IMG/VR virus record: IMGVR_UViG_3300020048_000055
Location: 1 to 64,000 of that record
DNA: 64,000 nucleotides
DNA from: a virus
Reading direction: 5' to 3' (one strand)
Shown here: positions 19,642 to 28,744 of the stretch, one piece after another
Numbering within the stretch: position 1 is the stretch's first letter
Layout of the letters: every line of letters starts with the position of its first letter
The notes under the pieces: model-generated
Seen by the model: only the letters and a program-made list of their open reading frames with translations
What the model was told of the DNA's origin: nothing
Database searches by the model: none
Made by a program: the position numbers and the translations under genes

Positions 19642-20034
19642 ATGGCAACAAAACAATTATTTCAACAAGATGCTCAGACAAAAGAAACGCTAAATAAAAT
19701 AAGCGCACTGTTCGGGGTTTCACCAAACTTAGTAAAAGAGGTTTGGGAATACACAATTTATGTATGGCTTGTTCAATTACTGGATGACCCCGATAAGCTT
19801 CATTCTTTCACAGTACCTTATTTAGGTACGATAGGAATTAAGTTTAAGGATGAGTTTGTAGATAGCGATTCACAATTAAAAACCAATTGTGAAGCTTTTC
19901 TTTCCGTATCACAAAATTTTAAGGACTTGATAGGGGATGTGTATAATAATAAGATTATAGACATTCTACAGTTTTTAGAAGATAACAAGATTCAGAAAAC
20001 AATTGAATTGATTCAAACTGATACAGAACTGTGA
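19642..20034 (+). CDS. HU/IHF-like DNA-binding protein
   Basis: ETLNKISALFGVSPNLVKEVW...FTVPYLGTIGIK resembles the HU fold; GAGGA RBS before ATG 19642. Confidence 0.5.
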   Translation: MATKQLFQQDAQTKETLNKISALFGVSPNLVKEVWEYTIYVWLVQLLDDPDKLHSFTVPYLGTIGIKFKDEFVDSDSQLKTNCEAFLSVSQNFKDLIGDVYNNKIIDILQFLEDNKIQKTIELIQTDTEL

Positions 20035-20042
20035 AAAAGAGA

Positions 20043-20071
20043 GGACTGTAGAAAATAATTCTACAGTCTTT
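20043..20071 (+). terminator. intrinsic terminator
   Basis: GACTGTAGAA-AATAA-TTCTACAGTC-TTT. Confidence 0.65.
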
Positions 20072-20113
20072 ATTAATTTTAAATACTAACTAACTTAATA
20101 TAAGGAATTAATA

Positions 20114-22318
20114 ATGGCAATAATTATACAGAAAAACCCTTGGAAAGTAAATCAAACCTTAAATGGATTCGGACCAATCTGCTCCTTGGTGAGTGTATAT
20201 GATCTTATTTTTGATGCTAATGATGACTCAGCCTCCTATGATGGATATCGAATATCCCCTACTGGAGTGTTATCAAGTGGTATGTCTATGGATCATGATA
20301 TTATTTGTTACAACTCAAGTGTATATCAAACAAACGGAGAAGTAATTAAAACGAGTTTAGATAATTTTCTAAACTATGGAATAGATATCTGCCCTGCGAA
20401 GTTTGACCCCTCAGCAAAAACAGCTAAGAAGACAATCTCGTTTACTCACCCCTTATCAAACCTTCCTATCAATGAGGTGATGACTTTCTCGGATAAGGCT
20501 TCTGCGCTCTATCCTACCAGTACGATAACTTTTGAGGGTTCCAGATGGAATACACTGGATTTAACATCAACTTCAGACCTTACCTATTCTCCCGTTTCTT
20601 TGGGTATAGGTGGTTCAGGGTCTTCCGCAACTACAACTTTTCAGATAAGTGAAACAGACCCTGTGTTTAATGCAACTATTAAACAAGACGGTCTTACTTC
20701 CTATACTAAAATAGCTCTAGGTACAAACAACTTTAAGACTTGGCAGATAATTGGTCATTTTATACCAGATATACTTACCCGAGTAGAAGCCCTTGCCACT
20801 TATGAAAGTCTTAGAGAACTCCTTCATTTCTATAAAGATGCTCTCAAACATTGTTATGTTTGGATTAAATTAAGATACTTTGCTGATTACATAAATCAGG
20901 ATGAGTTTGAACAAGACTTAAATCCAAACTCTGATGTTAAACATAAAAATATTATTGTTTCAGCAACAGGTGATTATAATAGATATGATGGTAGATTAAA
21001 CTCAACAGAAGAATCAAAACCTACCTCTCATAGACCTTATATTCCTAAGACAGTACCTTCATTAGACTTACTTTCGGATAAAATATATGAAGGATATGAT
21101 TATAATAATGACCTTGATAGAGAATCTACCCTTTCTAATGTTATTTCTCAAACCACTTTCACGGACTCAGATTCTACAAGTATTGGACAATTGCAAACAA
21201 CCCCTGTAAATCAAGTTTTTACGGAAAATGAAGGAACAGTAAATGAGGAAACAGATCACCAAAAAGATTCACTAACACACCCGGGTTACTTTGACCCAGA
21301 AAGTCGTATGGTTCCCGCAGAATATGACCACAAACCAGTTCTTTTATCAAAAGATGGAAATCTAATAACTGATGGACGTATTCTTTCTCCTACCGTCGAT
21401 GAACTTTGGGTTTATATTAAAAGACTCGTAGATGGTAGATTGAATGATGATACTGCACTCTCCTCAGATTCAGGTGTCCCAAGGTCTACTACAGCAAATA
21501 GAAAAATAACTGAAGACCTTTTACCTGTAGCCCCTAAAAACTTTAAGATTTACGATAAAAATGATGTTGAAAGACTTGGAGACCCTCTTGATACTACAAT
21601 TATGGATACCGGAAGTGGTATCACAAGAGAAAAACTAGTTATCAGTAGTTACATAAATGCCCCAGAGGGTTTATCACTTTCTCAGTATGACCAGTTATTA
21701 AGAATCTCAGAAGCTATAATTGGAACAACAGGAAAGAATACAAAGAATATTTCCAACTTCGCTCCTTGGCAAACTAATCCTTCTTCTTATGAGGATATAA
21801 GGGATTCAAATCCTGTACAACCTGATATGCTAAATACGGGTACATTACAAAGTTCACAACTTTGGGGTCCACGTTCTCAACCTCTCTCCCTTCGTGAAGT
21901 AGAAGCTCTGCTAAAACAAGCAAAGCTAAACATGATTTCTCTTGCAAGATTCATGAAAGAAAACTTTAGTATCACTGGTGGTCTCGGTCGTGAACTAAAT
22001 ATTACAGATGAATCTAAAAAAGCTCGTGGAGCTATGTATCAATTTCACAAGGATTATAACTTCAAAGTTGATGACCCGAACACAGTATTTGGTGGAGTTA
22101 ATGGTAATGTAGAATTGCCCTTGAATGAAACCCGAGACGTTGAAGGTCTTATAGTAGGAAAGTCAAAATCGTTAGATAATAATTATTATGGACAAAGTTC
22201 TGAGATTCCAAACGAACCAAACTCTTTTGGAAGTTCAGAGGTTTATTTAGCCGCAGACGGAACATGGAGAACTCTTTGGAGCCATGTACGTGTACCAATA
22301 GTTTCAGAGGAGTACTAA
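20114..22318 (+). CDS. virion structural protein (tail/baseplate-associated, putative)
   Basis: 734 aa; C-terminal YLAADGTW resembles fibre-type motifs; late-type motif upstream. Confidence 0.55.
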   Translation: MAIIIQKNPWKVNQTLNGFGPICSLVSVYDLIFDANDDSASYDGYRISPTGVLSSGMSMDHDIICYNSSVYQTNGEVIKTSLDNFLNYGIDICPAKFDPSAKTAKKTISFTHPLSNLPINEVMTFSDKASALYPTSTITFEGSRWNTLDLTSTSDLTYSPVSLGIGGSGSSATTTFQISETDPVFNATIKQDGLTSYTKIALGTNNFKTWQIIGHFIPDILTRVEALATYESLRELLHFYKDALKHCYVWIKLRYFADYINQDEFEQDLNPNSDVKHKNIIVSATGDYNRYDGRLNSTEESKPTSHRPYIPKTVPSLDLLSDKIYEGYDYNNDLDRESTLSNVISQTTFTDSDSTSIGQLQTTPVNQVFTENEGTVNEETDHQKDSLTHPGYFDPESRMVPAEYDHKPVLLSKDGNLITDGRILSPTVDELWVYIKRLVDGRLNDDTALSSDSGVPRSTTANRKITEDLLPVAPKNFKIYDKNDVERLGDPLDTTIMDTGSGITREKLVISSYINAPEGLSLSQYDQLLRISEAIIGTTGKNTKNISNFAPWQTNPSSYEDIRDSNPVQPDMLNTGTLQSSQLWGPRSQPLSLREVEALLKQAKLNMISLARFMKENFSITGGLGRELNITDESKKARGAMYQFHKDYNFKVDDPNTVFGGVNGNVELPLNETRDVEGLIVGKSKSLDNNYYGQSSEIPNEPNSFGSSEVYLAADGTWRTLWSHVRVPIVSEEY

Positions 22319-22322
22319 TAAA

Positions 22323-22793
22323 ATGTTTATAGGAACAGAGCAAAATACAATTAAACAATTCTTTACCGACATCGGTTTTTTATGCCCAAAAGGTATGCAA
22401 CTGGATTATTTTATTCTTCCTCCCGAGAGTGATGTAGAATCAGTTGCACCTTCAGCAGAATATAATTTAGGTGATATCGTAACAGACCCAAAAAGAGGGA
22501 CAACCGTAGTATACCAACCAAAGGATACTACTAAACTTTATTCTAATCCTAAGAATATTCCTGCTCAAACCCCTACACTTCCACCAATGCCTTATACACC
22601 TGTACCAGTACAGAATATAGTGAATACTGCACCTGTAGAAGATGAAGGTGGTGGACTTACTCGGGTAATGTCTCCAGAGGTTAAAAATAAGATTGCCATA
22701 ATTGAAAATACTAAAAGTGTTTTTGATATGAAATTAAAAGAATCAATAGAGAACTTCCCGAAGGGAACATTCTTTCACTTTAAGAGGAGTTAG
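22323..22793 (+). CDS. hypothetical protein
   Basis: 156 aa, P-rich linker. Confidence 0.7.
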   Translation: MFIGTEQNTIKQFFTDIGFLCPKGMQLDYFILPPESDVESVAPSAEYNLGDIVTDPKRGTTVVYQPKDTTKLYSNPKNIPAQTPTLPPMPYTPVPVQNIVNTAPVEDEGGGLTRVMSPEVKNKIAIIENTKSVFDMKLKESIENFPKGTFFHFKRS

Positions 22794-22796
22794 ATC

Positions 22797-23138
22797 ATGG
22801 ATTATGAGAGAAATATTAGTATTGGACTTTCAGGAATATATAATACGGAATGGAGTAGAAACGAAAATGACTCTGATTATATAGCTAGTCAAAATGAAAT
22901 AGCAGATAGTGGTCTTTCTGATCAAGAAATGAGAAGCCTTACAGATGAGTTATTCAATTCTCAATCAGAAAAGATTTTAGTTGCTATGGGTAGAAAAGCT
23001 TTCAGAGAACTTGATGCTTCAATAAATTATGGAGTTGAGTCTTTCTTAAAAGGTTATATAAAAGAATTAATTAATGTTCAAGGGAATCTTATTGAAGATT
23101 CAGAACTCTTGAATTTAATAAAGACACTAAGGGGTTAA
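22797..23138 (+). CDS. hypothetical protein
   Basis: 113 aa, GAGGAG RBS. Confidence 0.7.
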   Translation: MDYERNISIGLSGIYNTEWSRNENDSDYIASQNEIADSGLSDQEMRSLTDELFNSQSEKILVAMGRKAFRELDASINYGVESFLKGYIKELINVQGNLIEDSELLNLIKTLRG

Positions 23139-23140
23139 TT

Positions 23141-23365
23141 ATGAGACTTAGAATAAAAGAGGGAATTATTTCCTCAGAAAACGGCGACAAATCTTTTGAC
23201 GAAATCTATGGTAATGGAATTGAAACCACACCAGAAGATGATATAAACTCTTCACGTTATGCTCATTGCTTTGAGTCTGTTTCAATTAAGTCTGGTAAAA
23301 CTAAGCTTAATGAATCAGAAGAAGCAACATCAGAGCATGACTGGGATGATGCACTTGAGATTTAA
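23141..23365 (+). CDS. hypothetical acidic protein
   Basis: 74 aa; RIKEG and KLNES motifs. Confidence 0.65.
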   Translation: MRLRIKEGIISSENGDKSFDEIYGNGIETTPEDDINSSRYAHCFESVSIKSGKTKLNESEEATSEHDWDDALEI

Positions 23366-23380
23366 GTGTAGGTTGTAGAA

Positions 23381-24085
23381 GTGTTTAATATCATTAAGTT
23401 ATATGAGGGAGTTCATTATACAACCCGTAAAAAGTTACAAGAGATTTTCCATAGACCGGATTTCTCTTGGATTTCCAAAATGGTTGACCAAGTATATGCT
23501 AACCCAGAAAATTATGAAGAAATAACTAAAAGATTTAAAGTTAACTTCGAGATATCTGAGGAAAATTCAGTTCTTTTAATTACAAATGCTTCCTATGATA
23601 TGCAAGAAGATTTCTATAACTTTTGGTTATCTCCAAGGGCTATTGAAAATATTGACTCGGGTAAGTCTGAGGATTTACTTAACGTTGAGATTGAATCTTT
23701 TTTTGTACATGAAGAAACCCATCGTCAACAAAATCAATTAAATATCTCTAAACAGCCCTATCTTGGGGATTATGATCCAGATAATTTTGAAATGGTGAAA
23801 AAACACTTATCTCAATACCAAGAAATACCTGCCTATGCTAGATGTATAGCTAAGGATTTAATGGAAAATGGGTATAAGGAAGTTGACATCTCAAAGCTAT
23901 CAAATTTAAAAATGACTGAGTTGTCTAAACTAACAATTTTCACCTATAAAGAAATAGGAGGAGAAGTTTGGAAAAGCTTCCTAAAGGAAGTTTTCAATTA
24001 TTTCTCAGAACCCTCAGTAGGCGGGAACCTTGCTTATGAATCTTGGCTAAAGAAAAATACAGAAAATAAAAAGAGAGATAATTAA
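23381..24085 (+). CDS. putative zincin-like metalloprotease
   Basis: FFVHEETH (HExxH) and downstream QEIPAYA third-ligand motif. Confidence 0.55.
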   Translation: MFNIIKLYEGVHYTTRKKLQEIFHRPDFSWISKMVDQVYANPENYEEITKRFKVNFEISEENSVLLITNASYDMQEDFYNFWLSPRAIENIDSGKSEDLLNVEIESFFVHEETHRQQNQLNISKQPYLGDYDPDNFEMVKKHLSQYQEIPAYARCIAKDLMENGYKEVDISKLSNLKMTELSKLTIFTYKEIGGEVWKSFLKEVFNYFSEPSVGGNLAYESWLKKNTENKKRDN

Positions 24086-24091
24086 TACAAC

Positions 24092-25027
24092 ATGGAAAAA
24101 ATATTTGGCGAATTGCCTGATGAGAAATTAAGTAAGCTTATTCAAAAAGAAAATAAGATAAACCCACTTGAAGATTTTCAACCCTCTAACCCCTTCACAT
24201 TAAATCTTATTGACCCACTCTTGGATACAGAAAAGAGTGCCTATTTTATGAAAAAAGCAAACCTAGAAAAACCTTTTAACTTAGACTTGAATGAGCTAAT
24301 CCCTGTATTCAAGGACATTCTTAGTGGTGATAAAAATGCTTTAATGGACCCCCAATTTAATTGTTTGAATTTGGCAAATATTAAACTTGCTATTGATTGG
24401 TTACAGGCAAATAATTCCCTGAATCCTAATATGAAAGATTTATTGGGTACAGAATCATGGAGACTTGTTTATAGAGCAAAACCTCCAACTGCTGAGGAAT
24501 TTCTTTCATATGCGTATCTTGGTCCTCAGAGTGAGACAATGTATGAACCTGTACGAGAACATTTCATAGAAGCATTTAGTCCAATTAAACCTTATAGGAC
24601 AGTAGTTTTGACTCCCCATATTGGATGGGGTAAAAGTTTATTTACCGTTTTAGCAAATTTATACATATCGACTTGTACTTCTCTTATGTGGCATCCTTAT
24701 AAATTCTTCGGTCAGAGTCAACCTCTTGATTGTAAAGTTTATACAAAAGAGGGTTATAAATTAATGGGTGATATTAAAGTAGGGGATAAAGTACTTACAC
24801 CAGAGAATACTGAAGCAGAAGTAATTCAGATTCATCCTCAAGGTAAAATAGCTACTTACGAAATAGAATTAGATGATGGAAGAAAAACAAGATGTAGTGC
24901 TCAACATCTTTGGAAGGTGTCTTACAGAATTGATAGTAATGGTGAAAAAATTTGGGAAACGGTTAATACTCAGTTTATGATAGATAACCCAGACTTAGAT
25001 TTTGAACTCCCAGACTTTTATTACTAA
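24092..25027 (+). CDS. terL: terminase large subunit N-fragment fused to split intein N-half
   Basis: PPTAEEFL, Walker A TPHIGWGKS; residues 209-311 are Hint N-terminal blocks. Confidence 0.9.
   Translation: MEKIFGELPDEKLSKLIQKENKINPLEDFQPSNPFTLNLIDPLLDTEKSAYFMKKANLEKPFNLDLNELIPVFKDILSGDKNALMDPQFNCLNLANIKLAIDWLQANNSLNPNMKDLLGTESWRLVYRAKPPTAEEFLSYAYLGPQSETMYEPVREHFIEAFSPIKPYRTVVLTPHIGWGKSLFTVLANLYISTCTSLMWHPYKFFGQSQPLDCKVYTKEGYKLMGDIKVGDKVLTPENTEAEVIQIHPQGKIATYEIELDDGRKTRCSAQHLWKVSYRIDSNGEKIWETVNTQFMIDNPDLDFELPDFYY
24716..25024 (+). other. split intein N-fragment (IntN, 103 aa, Ser1)
   Basis: Block A SQPLDCKVYTKEGYKLMGDIKVGDKV; block B TRCSAQHLW; ends at a stop with no C-terminal HN. Confidence 0.9.
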
Positions 25028-25034
25028 TTAAATA

Positions 25035-25097
25035 TCTTCTAATAGGATAGGTTTTGGTCGATCGACCTATTAGATTAAAACCTGTCCTTATTGGAGA
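25035..25097 (+). promoter_or_regulatory. RBS-sequestering RNA hairpin of the endonuclease gene
   Basis: 25035-25055 pairs (with G-U) to 25077-25097, which contains the GGAG RBS. Confidence 0.6.
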
Positions 25098-25102
25098 TTT
25101 GT

Positions 25103-26611
25103 ATGGAAAAGAAAAAAGAACTTGTAGGATTAATAAGAGTTAATTGTATTGAAGAAGTTTTAGCTAATTTAAAAGTATATGATAGGATGACTAAAGTTGC
25201 TTTCACTTGTAATAAGTGTAATCTTGACTCAATTAAAACCCTAAGAAAGCTAAAAGAAAAAGGGTTTAATTGCAGGAAATGTTCTCAAAGTGAAGGAAGA
25301 CGGGAATATAAGGTGATACAAGACCCTATAGTTGTTAGTTCATTAGGACAGATACCTAAACTTATAGAAGAAAAATATAGTAATACTCAAAAAATTATAT
25401 TTTTGTGTGAGAGTTGCAAAGTGGAAAAACCCTTTAAGTTAAAACAATTTAAAAATAACGTTATACCTATCTGTGAACATTGCACAAGAATCAAATCTGC
25501 TACAAAGTATATTCATGAAGAAGATCCTGTGAAAGTATCAAGTTTTTTAGAAGTAAAAAACTTGCTAAAAACTCATGGAGCACAACAAAATTTACTTTTT
25601 AATTGCCACAGTTGTGAACAAACTTGTATCAAGAGAATATCTGCTATTACTGAAAAAATGCATTGTGAAAAGTGTACTAAAGAACAAACTCTGTTTAAAA
25701 AACATGGGGTGGAAAATAAAACAGAATTAATAGAAAAACAGAGATTACATAGTAATGCTATACGAAAACCAACAGTTCTTAAAAATTCTGTATGTGAATC
25801 CTGTGGTGTTGGATTTTATAGAGGAATTAGAAAACAATCTGAGTTTAAGTTATGTAGAAAATGTCAAATGAAACAGACTAAAGAATCCAATTATGGATCA
25901 ATTGAAAAGTATAATCTTGAATTAAAATCCTTAAGGGAAGCAACCAATATTAATAGGTATGGTGTGAGATCCACTTGTATGCTTGAATCTGTGAAAGACA
26001 AAATTAAACAAAGTCTAATAAATAGTTTAGGGGTAGATAATTGTCAAAAAAATACGGAGATAAGTACTAAAACTAAACAAACAAAACTAAATAGATATGG
26101 ATATTCTTACTTTAATTTAGTAGAGTCTAAAAAAACTTGTCTTTTAAGATATGGAGCAGAAAGCTACGCCCAATCTGTTTATTTCTCAAAGACAAACAAA
26201 TCAAGATATCTATATAATGACACAAGTTTTGATTCGTCTTGGGAGCTTGCCTATTTTATTTTTTTAACTGATAAAAAAATAAACTTTCAATATAAACCAG
26301 AAGGTATAAGGTATACAGATGGGAACTTAAAAAAACATGTATATCACCCAGATTTTTTCACTGATCATTATGTTGAAATTAAAGGGAATCATCTATTAGA
26401 TAGAGAAGGGAATCTCTTTTGTTGTTTTAAGAGTGAAGAGCAAAACCTTAAAAATGAAATTTCTAAGTATAAACAGATTTGTATGAATGAAAATAATGTT
26501 GAAATAGTATCACAGGAAAAAATAAACCCCGTTTTAGACTATGTATCAAAAGAATACGGGAAAGATTACTTAAAGCTTTTTAAAAGCCCTAAAATACAGA
26601 AAGGAGATTAG
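25103..26611 (+). CDS. free-standing homing endonuclease (8 CxxC + YG repeats + PD-(D/E)XK domain)
   Basis: Eight CxxC motifs; RYGV-type repeats; C-terminal DSSWE...YHPDF...VEIKG; lies between the intein halves. Confidence 0.8.
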   Translation: MEKKKELVGLIRVNCIEEVLANLKVYDRMTKVAFTCNKCNLDSIKTLRKLKEKGFNCRKCSQSEGRREYKVIQDPIVVSSLGQIPKLIEEKYSNTQKIIFLCESCKVEKPFKLKQFKNNVIPICEHCTRIKSATKYIHEEDPVKVSSFLEVKNLLKTHGAQQNLLFNCHSCEQTCIKRISAITEKMHCEKCTKEQTLFKKHGVENKTELIEKQRLHSNAIRKPTVLKNSVCESCGVGFYRGIRKQSEFKLCRKCQMKQTKESNYGSIEKYNLELKSLREATNINRYGVRSTCMLESVKDKIKQSLINSLGVDNCQKNTEISTKTKQTKLNRYGYSYFNLVESKKTCLLRYGAESYAQSVYFSKTNKSRYLYNDTSFDSSWELAYFIFLTDKKINFQYKPEGIRYTDGNLKKHVYHPDFFTDHYVEIKGNHLLDREGNLFCCFKSEEQNLKNEISKYKQICMNENNVEIVSQEKINPVLDYVSKEYGKDYLKLFKSPKIQKGD

Positions 26612-26613
26612 AA

Positions 26614-26738
26614 GTGTCAAGAATAAAAAATATTAAAAGGGTAGAGGATTCTATTCAGCAATGTATATCCTTAAACTCTAAAGAAGGTTTATACTTAACT
26701 GACGAAAAAATAATTACACACAATAGTCCTGCAACGGT
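26614..26738 (+). CDS. terL: terminase C-fragment exon 1: split intein C-half (37 aa) + SPATV
   Basis: AAGGAG RBS at 26601, GTG 26614; MSRIKNIKRVEDSIQQCISLNSKEGLYLTDEKIITHN/SPATV with blocks F and G (HN-S). Confidence 0.9.
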
Positions 26739-27021
26739 AAAATAAATGCCGCCTCAAAGAGTGATCTTTGAGTGAAAAATCGAAGAATGAAGCGGGGAAG
26801 CTTAAACGCCAATCCGAACCGAAGGTCTTTAGTAAAATAAAGGTCAGGGGCAACGCATAGAGGGTGAACCTATTTAATAGAATATAATCCTTCCAAGAGA
26901 CTTCGACATCTCAAAATGAGATGAAAAGATATGCTAAACTGGAGTGGGAATAAACCACTCGATGAAAATGAGGGAAACCTCCAGAGGTGATGATAAAAAA
27001 CTTCACGATAATAACATTTTG
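26739..27021 (+). ncRNA. group I self-splicing intron (283 nt, no ORF, IA-like)
   Basis: P1 CGGU/GCCG with U26738-G26748; P2 CTCAAAGA-GTGA-TCTTTGAG; P3 TCGAAG/CTTCGA; P7 GCATA/TATGC; P8 CATCTCA/TGAGATG; P9 stems; omega-G 27021; P10 TAAAT/ATTTA; removal restores frame. Confidence 0.9.
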
Positions 27022-28693
27022 ATTTACTCAGGTTTTTTGTGCCGTAAGTTTAAAGAAAAGTTCAGAATTACTTTTTGAACCTATGTTAAATCTTTTAGAG
27101 TCATCCCCGTACTTTGTAAAGTGTAGAACAAAGCAAGCTATGGCAGAAGCTGAGGAAGAATTTACAACTAGTAATAAACCCGTAGATCATATCTATTGGA
27201 CAACCGCCACACCTACCTCGGTAATTGCAATGAGTAATGGAGCAAACTATAAACTTATTTCAAGTGCCGGGGGACTTTTGGGTCAGACAATCCTATGCGG
27301 CAATTTTTCAGAAATTTCCTTCTTCACAGACGAAGGCTGGAGCGACGAAAAAATTTTTAAGTTTTTCTATAAGTTGAGAACTCGTATTGAATCTCGTATG
27401 AAGGGAAACTTTTATGGAAGATTCATTCTGGATTCATCTCCAAACACTATGGAATCTGTAATTGACAAATGGATTTGGGAAGATGCTCCGAAGAGTAAAC
27501 TAAATTATATAGTATCTGGTTCACGATGGAAGCATTTCCCTTTAGAATTCCCAGACTTTAAGGATACTCAAGGAAATATAATAAAGGAAAATAGTTTCGC
27601 ATTGTATAAAGGTGGAAATGGAAAAGCCTCTTGTGTACTCCCTGAGGAAGCTGTAGAAGAAATTAGTCCTTTAGATTATGTTATCTGCCCTAAAAACTCT
27701 ATAGGTACTTCCTACATTGATATGGCGAGAGAAAATCCAATAGAGTTTCTTCGGGACCAGTGTGGTATTCCTTCTGGTAGTGCGGATAGACTTTTGAATG
27801 ACCCATTTCAAATAGAAGCTTGTTTTACTCATAAACTTAAGACTCTATTTACTCATATTCAAGCTGATACCAAGGAAGACCCAGAGCATTTAATTTGGGA
27901 TCAAATAAAAACAAAGTATTTCAATAAGATTCTTGACAGGTATTATTTTTGGTATAAACCCGAAATACCACGAGCACTCACTATTGACCAATCTTTTGCA
28001 AAAGACTGTACAGGAATATCTCTTAGTCATGTTGAGAGAGACCCTACAAGAATTGACCCTAACACTGGTGATATGATGAAAATCTATATTACCGATTTTA
28101 CTATTATGGTAATACCAAATGGTGGAGTAATGAACCTTGAAGCTTTTAAGTTTTTTATAATGGACTTAGCCAGATTAGGAAATATGAAAATTCTTCACGT
28201 ATCCTTAGACTCCTTTCAAAGCGTTTCTACTGTACAATCCCTAGAACGGTTTGGTATTGATGCAGAACATCTTTCTGTAGATAAAACTAATGATCCTTAT
28301 TTTAATTTTATTGATATGGTTGTAAAAGGAAGATGGAAAACAGGATTTAATATTTACTTAAAAAATAATATGAGTTCCCTTCAAATGCAAAAGAGATCAA
28401 AAAATGGAGAGAAAAACGCAGGTTCAGCAAAAGTAGAACATATGACTGGTGACATTGTAACTACCGGACCTACTTTATGGACATATGATGAAACCTCTTG
28501 GAAAATGATGAAGAATGGTATAAATGCAAAAGATGGTACAGACTCGGTAGTTGGAACAATTGAACTCTTAAATAAATATAGTAATGAATATGTCCCAACT
28601 TCAATTTGGGTTCCTGATACCATCAAAGAGAAAAACTATGTAAATGCAAAAATTGATGCTAAAAAATTAATGGATAAACTTGGATTCTTCTAA
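27022..28693 (+). CDS. terL: terminase C-fragment exon 2 (ATPase remainder + RNase H-like nuclease)
   Basis: Open frame from 27023 FTQVFCAVSLKKSSELLFEPM; ILDSSP, LTIDQS, SLDSFQS, KDGTDS motifs. Confidence 0.9.
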
Positions 28694-28744
28694 TGAAGTT
28701 ATCTATTCCTCCTACTAATTAAAGACCATGTAGGGGGTTTTTAA

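Noticed and set aside
24092-28693. terL as a pseudogene or as evidence of stop-codon recoding
   Set aside because: Stops at 25025, 26743 and 27020 are fully explained by the split intein and the intron; all three stop codons terminate genes elsewhere.
27083-28693. ATG 27083 as the true start of an independent gene
   Set aside because: No RBS; the frame is open back to the intron 3' splice site at 27021/27022.
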